Assembly (NCBI RefSeq): GCF_000017305.1
Contig: NC_009664.2
Span: 2,520,001 to 2,552,000, forward strand
Direction of reading: 5' to 3'
From: Kineococcus radiotolerans SRS30216 = ATCC BAA-149
Lineage (GTDB): Bacteria; Actinomycetota; Actinomycetes; Actinomycetales; Kineococcaceae
DNA: 32,000 nucleotides
Of the stretch, positions 1 through 7,893 are shown one piece after another; position 1 is the first letter of the stretch; every line of letters starts with the position of its first letter. A program made the position numbers and the translations under genes. Below the pieces are notes generated by a model. The model was given only the letters and a program-made list of their open reading frames with translations, searched no databases and had not been told where the DNA came from.

Positions 1-66
1 CTCGCGCAACCACGCGCGGGCGCGCCGGGCCGCCGACGGGTCGGCCCGCAGCTCCAAGCGCGTCAT
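1..66 (-). CDS. 5' end (22 codons) of a gene that runs off the left edge. The N-terminus MTRLELRADPSAARRARAWLRE resembles RsbW-type anti-sigma factor / HATPase serine-kinase N-termini.
   Basis: Hand translation of the minus strand from CAT at 64-66. Every codon is GC3-rich. A divergent GAF-PP2C phosphatase is a plausible partner-switching neighbour. Only 22 aa are visible, so the family call is weak. Confidence 0.3.
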   Translation of the reverse strand, partial: MTRLELRADPSAARRARAWLRE

Positions 67-169
67 GCCACCCCGTCCGTCCCACCTCGTGTCCTCCCAA
101 CTGTGGCACCAGGTTCCGCGTCGGCAACCGGGACCCGCCGCCGGGGGCACCGCGAGGCATGATGCACCG

Positions 170-1900
170 GTGGACGAACGGGTGCGCGGGCTCAGCAGCA
201 CGACCCTGCTGCCGGCGCACCCCGACGGCGACTTCGACCGCTTCGCCCGGCTGGGCACCCTCGTCCTCGGCGTGCCCGTCGCGCTGGTCTCGATGGTCAG
301 CCGCGACGGGCAGGTCTTCCCCGGCGCCGTCGGCCTGCCCGAGCCGTGGCAGACGCTGCGCCGGACCCCGCTGACCCACTCCCTGTGCCGGCACGTGGTC
401 ACCTCCGGGGAGGTCTTCACCGTCGAGGACGCCCGGCTGGACCCCCTCACCGCGGACTCCCTGGCCATCCCCGACCTCGGCGTCGTCGCCTACGCCGGCG
501 CCCCCCTGCGGCTGCCCGACCCCCTCACCGGGGTCGCCGACCCCGACGCACCCGTCGTGGGGGTGCTGTGCGCCATCGACGGCCGGCCGCGCCGCTGGAG
601 CGCCGCTCAGGTCGAGGTCCTGGAGGACCTCGCCGCCGCCTGCTCCGCCGAGCTGGGCCTGCGGGTGCTGGAGGAGCGCAACCGCCTCCTGCTCAGCCTC
701 GCCGACGCCCTCGTCGGGGCGCGCACCGTCGCCGACGTCGACGCCACCGTCGCGGCCGTCACCCGCTCCTGGCTCGGGGGCGCCTGGAGCGGGCTGGTGC
801 TGGCCGACCCCGGTCACCGCCGGCTGCGCCGCGCCGCGCCCTCCGCCCCGCCCGCCGGCACCGGCGTGGAGGGGGAGTTCGTCGACCTCGACGACGAGGG
901 ACCCGTCGCCCACGTCGCCCGCGAGCGCCGCCCGCTGCTCTTCGCCAGCGTGGAGGAGCTGCGCGAGGCGTTCCCGCGGGCCGCGACCGCGGCGGAACCG
1001 GCCTTCGCGGCCTCGGCCTACCTGCCGCTGCTGGTGCAGGAACGCCTCGTCGGGGTCCTGTGCCTGGTCTGGGACTCCGACCGCCTCACCCTCGGCGCCG
1101 AGGCGGACGTGTGGAGCGCCCTGGCCCGCTTCACTGCCCAGGCCCTGGACCGGGCGACCCTCGACTCCGAGCGGCGCTCGCGCGCGGAGGTGCTGCAGCG
1201 CTCGCTGCTGCCCCGGCTGCCCGAGGCGACGGGGGAGCTGCAGGTGCGGGGCCGCTACGTCCCCGCCAGCCGCGAGGAGGAGGTCGGCGGGGACTGGTAC
1301 GACGTCGTCGTGGGACCCGGCGGGGAGACCACCCTCGTCCTGGGCGACGTCGCGGGCCACGACGTGGTCGCCGCGGCGACCATGGGGCAGGTGCGCGGCC
1401 TGCTGCGCGCCTTCACCTGGGACCGGCCCGGGTCCCCCGGCGAGCTGGTGTCGCGGCTGGACTCCGCGATGGCGGGGCTCGGCGTGGACGGGCTCGCCAC
1501 CCTCGTCCTGGCCCGCGTGGAGCGCCGCGCGACGGCGGCGGGCACGCGCTACCGGCTGCGCTGGACCAACGCCGGTCACCCGCCGCCGGTGCTGCTGCAC
1601 CCCGACGGGAGGACCGAGCTGCTCGACGGCGCCTCCGACCTGCTCGTGGGGCTGCTGCCGCGGGTCGAGCGCCACGACCACGTCGCCGACGTCCCGCCCG
1701 GGGCGACCCTGGTGCTCTACACCGACGGGCTCATCGAGCACCGCGGCCGCAGCCTGGCCGGGGGGATCGCGCGGGCCCGCACCACCCTGGAGCGCCACGG
1801 CGGGTCCACCCTCGACGTCCTCCTCGACGACCTGCTGGGCGAGCTCGTCGGCACCCGCGGCGAGGACGACTGCGCGCTGCTCGCGGTGCGCTTCCCGTGA
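170..1900 (+). CDS. GAF domain-containing PP2C/SpoIIE-family serine phosphatase (RsbU-like)
   Basis: ORF 65..1900. The N-terminal region is GAF-like (DFDRFARLGTLVLGVPVALVSMV...GVLCAIDGRPRRW). The C-terminus has the SpoIIE/PP2C signature (LLPRLPE..RGRYVPASREEEVGGDWYDV..LVLGDVAGHDVVAAATMGQVRG..YTDGLIEHRG). The start is uncertain. I prefer GTG 170, preceded by CATGAT-N6, because ATG 65 would overlap the divergent minus-strand ATG at 64-66 and leave no promoter space. Confidence 0.8.
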   Translation: MDERVRGLSSTTLLPAHPDGDFDRFARLGTLVLGVPVALVSMVSRDGQVFPGAVGLPEPWQTLRRTPLTHSLCRHVVTSGEVFTVEDARLDPLTADSLAIPDLGVVAYAGAPLRLPDPLTGVADPDAPVVGVLCAIDGRPRRWSAAQVEVLEDLAAACSAELGLRVLEERNRLLLSLADALVGARTVADVDATVAAVTRSWLGGAWSGLVLADPGHRRLRRAAPSAPPAGTGVEGEFVDLDDEGPVAHVARERRPLLFASVEELREAFPRAATAAEPAFAASAYLPLLVQERLVGVLCLVWDSDRLTLGAEADVWSALARFTAQALDRATLDSERRSRAEVLQRSLLPRLPEATGELQVRGRYVPASREEEVGGDWYDVVVGPGGETTLVLGDVAGHDVVAAATMGQVRGLLRAFTWDRPGSPGELVSRLDSAMAGLGVDGLATLVLARVERRATAAGTRYRLRWTNAGHPPPVLLHPDGRTELLDGASDLLVGLLPRVERHDHVADVPPGATLVLYTDGLIEHRGRSLAGGIARARTTLERHGGSTLDVLLDDLLGELVGTRGEDDCALLAVRFP

Positions 1901-2796
1901 CCGGCTCCCTCACCGACGTCGCCGGGATCGAGGTCGGGCACGCCACCCGGCGCGGGGACGGCTGGCTCACCGGGGTCACCGCCGTCCTGCTCCCGCCGGG
2001 CACCGTCGGCGGCGTCGACGTGCGCGGCGGCGGGCCGGGCACCCACGAGACCGACGCCCTGGACCCCCGCACCCTCGTCCCCACCGTCGACGCCGTCGTC
2101 CTGACCGGCGGCTCGGCCTACGGCCTGGTCGCCGCCCACGGCGTGCAGCGCTTCTGCGCCGAGCGCGGCCGGGGCTTCCCCGTCGGCCCCGGCCCCGGGG
2201 AGGTCGTGCCGATCGTGCCCGCGGCCGCCGTCTTCGACCTCGGCCGCGGCGGGGTCTTCGGGAACCACCCCACCGAGGCCATGGGCCACGAGGCCGCCGC
2301 CGCCGCGCACCCCGGACCGGTCGAGCGCGGTGTCGTGGGGGCCGGGACGGGAGCCGTCGTCGGGGGGCGCTGGAAGGGCGGGGTGGGGTCGGCCTCGGCG
2401 CGCTCGGGCGGGGTCGTGGTCGCGGCGCTCGCCGTCGTCAACGCCGTCGGGCTCCCCGTCCCGGGACCCGCCGGGCCGGTCGAGCCCGGCCCGGTGAACA
2501 CCACCCTCGTGGTCGTCGCCACCGACGCCGCGCTGGACCCGGCGGAGACCTCCCGCACCGCCACCGTCGCCCACGACGGGCTGGCGCGGGCGCTGAACCC
2601 CGTCCACACCCTCGCCGACGGCGACACCGCCTTCGCCGTGGCGACGGGCGCGGTGGCGCTGCCCCCGGAGCGGGCGGCGCGGGTGCGCGAGCTCGTGGAC
2701 CTGCAGCGGGTCGCCGCCGACGTCGTCCGCGACGCGGTGCTGGACGCGATCGCCGCCGCCGAGGACGTCGGGCCCTACCCGCGCTACCCGGGGTAG
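1897..2796 (+). CDS. P1 family (S58, DmpA/BapA-like) aminopeptidase
   Basis: This is the downstream part of track ORF 346..2796. A GTG at 1897 overlaps the upstream TGA (GTGA coupling). The sequence VTGSLTDVAGIEVGHAT...GVTAVLLP...GGGPGTHETDAL...VLTGGSAYGL...NTTLVVVATDAALD is typical of this family. The 346..1896 part of the ORF is off-frame Arg/Pro-rich junk over the phosphatase gene. Confidence 0.8.
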   Translation: MTGSLTDVAGIEVGHATRRGDGWLTGVTAVLLPPGTVGGVDVRGGGPGTHETDALDPRTLVPTVDAVVLTGGSAYGLVAAHGVQRFCAERGRGFPVGPGPGEVVPIVPAAAVFDLGRGGVFGNHPTEAMGHEAAAAAHPGPVERGVVGAGTGAVVGGRWKGGVGSASARSGGVVVAALAVVNAVGLPVPGPAGPVEPGPVNTTLVVVATDAALDPAETSRTATVAHDGLARALNPVHTLADGDTAFAVATGAVALPPERAARVRELVDLQRVAADVVRDAVLDAIAAAEDVGPYPRYPG

Positions 2797-2802
2797 GCCT
2801 GC

Positions 2803-4644
2803 TCAGGCCCCGGTGCCGCGCAGGTCGATGGTGCGGCGGGCGGGGGCGGCGCTGCGGACGCGGCCCTTGCCCGACCCCTTCGCCTCGTACATCGCGGCGT
2901 CGGCCTGCTGGAGCACCCGCGCCGCGTCGGTGCGGGAGCCGGCCATGGCCAGGCCGACGCTGATGCCGACCCGGAACTCCCACCCGGCGACGGGGAACGG
3001 CTCCGCCATCGCCTCCACGATCCGCCCGGCCACGACGGCCGCGGCGGCCTCGTCGGGCAGGTCGGGGCAGACGACGGCGAACTCGTCGCCGCCGATGCGG
3101 GCGACGGTGTCGCCGGGACGGACGGCCGCGGAGAGGCGCTCGGCCACCGCGATGAGGACGTGGTCGCCGGCGGCGTGACCGCCGGTGTCGTTGACGGGCT
3201 TGAAGTCGTCGAGGTCGCAGTAGAGCAGCGCGACCCGGTCGCCGCTGCGGTGGGCCGCGGACAGGGCGTGGCGCAGCCGGTCCTCCAGCAGGGTGCGGTT
3301 GGGCAGCCCGGTCAGCGGGTCGTGCAGGGCGGCCTCGCGCAGCCGGCGCTGGACGAGGCGGCGCTGGGTGACGTCGACGACCTGCACGACGGCGCCGACC
3401 TCCCCGGGGCCCTCCCCGCCGGGCGTGGGCCAGGCCGAGGCGGCCAGCTCCAGCCAGACCTCGCCGTCGCCGTGCTGCAGCTCGGCGTGCCACTGCGCGG
3501 GACGGCCGGCGACGACCTCCTCGGCCATCTCGGCGGCGGCGGCGACGAAGGTCTCGCGGTGGTCGGGGTGGACCTGCTCGGCCCAGTCCGACCCGACGGC
3601 GACCTCCACGCCCAGCATCGACTGGAGGCGGTCGTTGGCGCGGGCGACGACGGCCGAGCCGTCCGGGCGCAGCCGCAGCAGGGCCACCCCGAGCAGGGCG
3701 TCGTCGAAGGTGCGGCGGAAGACGTCCTCGCGGCGGGAGGCGGTGACGACGGCGCGCTCGCGCGAGCGCACCACCAGCGACATCACCAGGGCGACGGCGC
3801 CGGAGGTGAACAGCAGGGCCTGCAGGGCGACGTCGTCGGCGGTGCCGGCGCCGCGCCCGGTGGCGGTGCCGCCGGTGGCGACGACGGCGACGACGAGCTG
3901 GCAGCTCAGGGCCCGCGCGACCCCCAGGCGCGCGGCGCCCCACAGGATCGGGACGACGACGAGGAAGGACCAGGGACCCACGGCCCCGTCGCGGAAGACG
4001 GCGGCGGACACCCCCAGGGACAGCGCCAGGACCAGCACCCACTCGGTGAGCGCGGCCCGGGCGCGGCGCTGGTCCGCCGCGGGCGCGGAGGGGCGCAGCA
4101 CGAGCAGCGGCGCGACGAGCAGGATGCCGAGGAGCTGGCCGAGGGCGTACGTCGCCCCGGCCCCGGAGTCGCCGGCGAGCTGGACGAGCAGGGCGGCGGC
4201 GGTGACCCCGGCGAGGGCGCCGGCGGTCAGCCGCCACGCGTCGCGGCCCCGTCGCAGGCGCGCGGGCTCCCCGCGGCCGAGCACGGTGATCAGCGCGGCG
4301 CCGACCCCGCACTGCAGCGCCTGCGCGCTCGCGAACGTGACCGTGGTGCCCGCCCCGGAGGGCAGCAGGCTCGCGGCGAGGGTCCCCACCAGCGTCCCGG
4401 CGACGCACCACCACCGCCGGGCGGGGTGGCGCGCGGCCAGGGCCAGGGCCGCCCCCGCGGCCGGCCACCAGACCGCGGCGGCGGGTGCGGAGGACCCCAC
4501 CAGCACCGGGGCCACCGCCGCGAGGACCGCGACGACCACGGCGGTCGTGACCGCGAGCCGCAGCCCGCCGCCGTGCACGCGCGACGACCGCGCGCGGGGG
4601 CTGCCGGTGTCACCCGTCCGGACCTCGGGGGCTGTCGCGATCAT
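2803..4644 (-). CDS. Membrane sensor diguanylate cyclase (polytopic N-terminal domain, PAS, GGDEF)
   Basis: 613-aa ORF with about 8 hydrophobic helices, then a PAS-like segment and a GGDEF domain (LTGLPNRTLL...DLDDFKPVNDTGGHAAGD...RPGDTVARIGGDEFAVV). The RxxD I-site sits 5 residues before GGDEF. A strong RBS (GAGGAGGGGG) lies directly upstream of ATG 4644. Confidence 0.85.
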   Translation of the reverse strand: MIATAPEVRTGDTGSPRARSSRVHGGGLRLAVTTAVVVAVLAAVAPVLVGSSAPAAAVWWPAAGAALALAARHPARRWWCVAGTLVGTLAASLLPSGAGTTVTFASAQALQCGVGAALITVLGRGEPARLRRGRDAWRLTAGALAGVTAAALLVQLAGDSGAGATYALGQLLGILLVAPLLVLRPSAPAADQRRARAALTEWVLVLALSLGVSAAVFRDGAVGPWSFLVVVPILWGAARLGVARALSCQLVVAVVATGGTATGRGAGTADDVALQALLFTSGAVALVMSLVVRSRERAVVTASRREDVFRRTFDDALLGVALLRLRPDGSAVVARANDRLQSMLGVEVAVGSDWAEQVHPDHRETFVAAAAEMAEEVVAGRPAQWHAELQHGDGEVWLELAASAWPTPGGEGPGEVGAVVQVVDVTQRRLVQRRLREAALHDPLTGLPNRTLLEDRLRHALSAAHRSGDRVALLYCDLDDFKPVNDTGGHAAGDHVLIAVAERLSAAVRPGDTVARIGGDEFAVVCPDLPDEAAAAVVAGRIVEAMAEPFPVAGWEFRVGISVGLAMAGSRTDAARVLQQADAAMYEAKGSGKGRVRSAAPARRTIDLRGTGA

Positions 4645-4738
4645 GCCCCCTCCTCGGCAGGTGCCCCCGGTTCCTTGAGTGCTCCGTCCGGGTGAACCCG
4701 GATCGTGACCGGACCGTCACCTCCGGGCCCGGGGCGGG

Positions 4739-7066
4739 GTGAGCCCGTGCCCGCCGGCTCCCGGCGTCGGGGATCCTGGAGGGGTGAGCACCACCGGGAT
4801 CCCGCACTCCTCGCACTGGGGCGCCTTCCGCGCCGACCCCACCGCGGACGGCGTGCGCGTCCGGGCGCACCCCGACGACCCGGCGCCGTCCGCGCTGCTG
4901 CGCAACGTCGCGGTCGCGGCCACCCCCACCGCCCGCGTGCTGCGCCCGCACGTGCGGCGCGGCTGGTGGGAGGACGGCCCCGGCCCCGACGAGCGGCGCG
5001 GGCGCGACGAGTTCCTGCCCGTGGAGTGGGACGAGCTGCTGGACCGGGTCGCGGGGGAGTACGCCCGGGTGCTCGGCGAGCACGGCCCGCGGGCGGTGTA
5101 CGCCGGGTCCTACGGCTGGGCCAGCGCGGGCCGCTTCCACCACTCCCAGAGCCAGCTGCACCGCTTCTCGCACTGCCTGGGCGGGGCGGTCCGCTCGACC
5201 TGGACCTACAGCCACAACGTCGGGGAGGTCCTCATGCCCCGCGTCGTCGGCAGCCAGGAGCCGCTGATCTCCCCGACCGCGTGGACGAGCGTGGAGGCCG
5301 CCACCGACCTCGTCATCGCCCTCGGCGGGCTGCCCGCGAAGAACTCCGAGGTCGCCAGCGGCGGCATCACCCGCCACGAGGTCGCCGGCCGGCTGCGCTC
5401 GGCCCGGGCCCGGGGCGCGGAGTTCGTCCTCGTCTCCCCGCTGCGCGACGACCTCGCCGCCGAGCTCGACGCGGACTGGTTCGCCGTCGTCCCCGGCAGC
5501 GACGCCGCGCTGCTGCTGGCGATGTGCCACGTCCTGCTGACCGACGGCAGCTTCGACGCGGGGTTCCTGGAGCGGTTCACCGCCGGCTCGGAGGAGTTCC
5601 TCGCCTCCCTGCGCGGGGCCGACGACGGGGTGGAGAAGACCCCCGAGTGGGCCGAGCCCCTCACCGGGATCGCCGCCGGGCGCATCCGCGACCTCGCCCG
5701 CCGCGCCGTGCGCGGCCGCACGATGATCACCGTCAGCTGGTCCGTGGCCCGCACCCGCTTCGGCGAGCAGCCCCTGTGGGCGGCCGTCGCGCTGGCCGCG
5801 ATGATCGGGCAGATCGGCCTGCCCGGCGGCGGCTTCGGCCACGGCTACGCCTCCACCGGCGGGGTCGGCAAGCGCGCCGGGACCTACCCGCTCCCCACGT
5901 TCCCGCAGTTCGCCGACCCGCTGCGGGTGCGCATCCCCGTCGCCCGCATCGCCGACGCCCTGTTGCACCCCGGGGAGCCCTACGAGGTCGACGGCCGGCA
6001 CGAGACCTACCCGCACCTGCGCCTGGTCCACTGGGCCGGGGGCAACCCCTTCCACCACCACCAGGACCTGCAGCGGCTGCAGCGCGCGTTCCGCGCCGCG
6101 GAGACGATCGTCGTCCACGAGCCGTTCTGGACCTCCACCGCCCGCCACGCCGACGTCGTGTTCGCCGCCACGACGACGCTGGAGCGCGAGGACGTCGGCG
6201 CCGCCCGCTACGACGACCGCCTCATCGCCATGGGCCGGGTCCACGAACCGCTGGGGGAGGCCCGCGACGACTACGAGGTCCTCTCCGGGCTCGCCCACCG
6301 CCTCGGGGCCGGCGAGCGCTTCACCGAGGGCCGCACGGCGGGGGAGTGGGTCGAGCACCTCTACGAGGAGTGGCGCACCGGCCCGGCCGCGCGCGCCGGC
6401 ATCACCGCCCCGCCCCACGCGGAGTTCCTCGCCGCGGGGGAGTTCCGGCTGCCCCCGGAGCCGAGGGAGAAGGTGATGTTCGCCTCCTTCCGCGCCGACC
6501 CGGACCGGTTCCCGCTGCGCACCCCCAGCGGGCGCATCGAGCTGCACTCCGAGACCATCGCCGGTTTCGGCTACGACGACTGCCCCGGGCACCCGGTGTG
6601 GCTGGCCCCGGAGGAGCAGCCCGACGAGGAGTTCCCGCTGCGGCTGGTCGCGAACAACCCCGCCACCCGCCTGCACAGCCAGCTCGACCACGGCGCCACG
6701 TCCCAGGCCGGGAAGGTCGCCGGGCGCGAACCGGTGCGGATGCACGCCCGCGACGCCGCCGCGCGCGGTCTCGCCGACGGGCAGGTCGTCGTGCTGCGCA
6801 GCCGCCGCGGCAGCTGCCTGGGCGGGCTCGTCGTCTCCGACGCCGTGCGCGAGGGCGTGGTGCAGATGTCCACCGGGTCGTGGTTCGACCCCGTGGCCGG
6901 GGCGGCCGCCGGGGTCACCTGCGGCTACGGCAACGTCAACGTCCTCACCCGCGACGTCGGCTCCTCCCGGCTCAGCCAGGCCTGCACCGGTCAGCACGCC
7001 ACCGTCCAGGTGAGCGCGTTCGAGGGGGTCCCGCCGAGGGTGACGATCTTCGACCAGCCCGCCTGA
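4739..7066 (+). CDS. Molybdopterin (bis-MGD) oxidoreductase of the biotin-sulfoxide / TMAO / S- and N-oxide reductase family (BisC/TorZ-like), cytoplasmic type
   Basis: 775-aa ORF. The N-terminus (IPHSSHWGAF...DGVRVRAHPDDPAPS) and the overall length and motif pattern match BisC-type enzymes. No Tat signal is visible. An alternative in-frame start is GTG 4784. Confidence 0.8.
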   Translation: MSPCPPAPGVGDPGGVSTTGIPHSSHWGAFRADPTADGVRVRAHPDDPAPSALLRNVAVAATPTARVLRPHVRRGWWEDGPGPDERRGRDEFLPVEWDELLDRVAGEYARVLGEHGPRAVYAGSYGWASAGRFHHSQSQLHRFSHCLGGAVRSTWTYSHNVGEVLMPRVVGSQEPLISPTAWTSVEAATDLVIALGGLPAKNSEVASGGITRHEVAGRLRSARARGAEFVLVSPLRDDLAAELDADWFAVVPGSDAALLLAMCHVLLTDGSFDAGFLERFTAGSEEFLASLRGADDGVEKTPEWAEPLTGIAAGRIRDLARRAVRGRTMITVSWSVARTRFGEQPLWAAVALAAMIGQIGLPGGGFGHGYASTGGVGKRAGTYPLPTFPQFADPLRVRIPVARIADALLHPGEPYEVDGRHETYPHLRLVHWAGGNPFHHHQDLQRLQRAFRAAETIVVHEPFWTSTARHADVVFAATTTLEREDVGAARYDDRLIAMGRVHEPLGEARDDYEVLSGLAHRLGAGERFTEGRTAGEWVEHLYEEWRTGPAARAGITAPPHAEFLAAGEFRLPPEPREKVMFASFRADPDRFPLRTPSGRIELHSETIAGFGYDDCPGHPVWLAPEEQPDEEFPLRLVANNPATRLHSQLDHGATSQAGKVAGREPVRMHARDAAARGLADGQVVVLRSRRGSCLGGLVVSDAVREGVVQMSTGSWFDPVAGAAAGVTCGYGNVNVLTRDVGSSRLSQACTGQHATVQVSAFEGVPPRVTIFDQPA

Positions 7067-7082
7067 GGGCCGGCGGAAACCG

Positions 7083-7796
7083 GTGGCGCCCGCCCGGGGC
7101 GGGCGGCAGGCTCGGCGGGTGCTGCCCGTGGAACTGCACCCCTTCGCCGGTCTGCGCCTGCTCGTCCGCGATCCCGGCGGCGACCCCGGCGGCGACGTCG
7201 AGCTGCGCACGGGCGACGTCGAGGGCCTCGTGGAGCTCGCCGCCGTCGCCGCCCGCGGGGTCCACGACCCCGGCCCGTCGCCGTTCGCGGTGCCCTGGAC
7301 CGCGTGCGCCCCCGCCGAGCGGGCCCGCCGGACCCTGCGCTGGCACCTGCTCGGCTGGGGCGGCTGGTCGCCGCGGGAGTGGCGCCTGGACTTCGTCGTC
7401 CGCCGCGGCGGGGTCGTCGTCGGCACCCAGTCGCTGGAGGCGGTGGACTTCCCCGTGCTGCGCGAGGTCGTCACCGGTTCCTGGCTGGGACGGGAGCACC
7501 AGGGCCGGGGGACCGGGCCCCTGATGCGCGCCGCCGTCCTGCACCTGGCCTTCGCCGGGCTCGGCGCGTCCTGCGCGCGCAGCGAGGCCTTCCTGGACAA
7601 CCCCCGGTCCCGGGCGGTGTCGCAGCGCCTGGGCTACCGCGAGGACGGGCAGCGGGCCGTGGTGCGCGACGGCGTGCGCGCGGTGCAGCAGCGGCTGCGC
7701 CTGGACGCCGCGGACTGGGCCGCGGGCGAGCGGCCGGAGGTGCTCGTGGAGGGGGTGGAACCGGTGCGGGAGGCCCTGCTGCCCGCGGCCCCCTAG
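7083..7796 (+). CDS. GNAT family N-acetyltransferase (RimJ/RimL-like)
   Basis: 237-aa ORF with the acetyl-CoA binding pattern (GSWLGREHQGRGTGPLMRAAVLHLAF...AFLDNPRSRAVSQRLGYRE). An alternative start is GTG 7128. Confidence 0.7.
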   Translation: MAPARGGRQARRVLPVELHPFAGLRLLVRDPGGDPGGDVELRTGDVEGLVELAAVAARGVHDPGPSPFAVPWTACAPAERARRTLRWHLLGWGGWSPREWRLDFVVRRGGVVVGTQSLEAVDFPVLREVVTGSWLGREHQGRGTGPLMRAAVLHLAFAGLGASCARSEAFLDNPRSRAVSQRLGYREDGQRAVVRDGVRAVQQRLRLDAADWAAGERPEVLVEGVEPVREALLPAAP

Positions 7797-7893
7797 CCGC
7801 GCGTCCCGGGTCGGGGCGTTGCTCCGTGTGGGGCATCATGGAGCTCCGAACACGGTGCGCGCTGCGCACCGCCGAGGTGCGGAGGTGCCGCAG

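Noticed and set aside
346-1896. Upstream 517 codons of track ORF 346..2796
   Set aside because: This is an off-frame read-through across the phosphatase gene (poly-Arg/Pro). The genuine peptidase begins at GTG 1897, which overlaps the phosphatase stop.
2438-4468. 676-aa minus-strand ORF and the plus-strand ORFs 3160..4695 and 3293..4678 overlapping the first cyclase
   Set aside because: These are alternative frames of the same locus. Only the 2803..4644 frame gives TM helices plus PAS and GGDEF, and it has a strong RBS.
4610-7600. 996-aa minus-strand ORF antisense to the molybdopterin oxidoreductase and GNAT genes
   Set aside because: It is an Arg/Gly/Pro-dominated low-complexity translation with no recognisable motifs. 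It lies fully antisense to a gene with clear family signatures. Such ORFs are a typical stop-codon-poor artefact of very high G+C.
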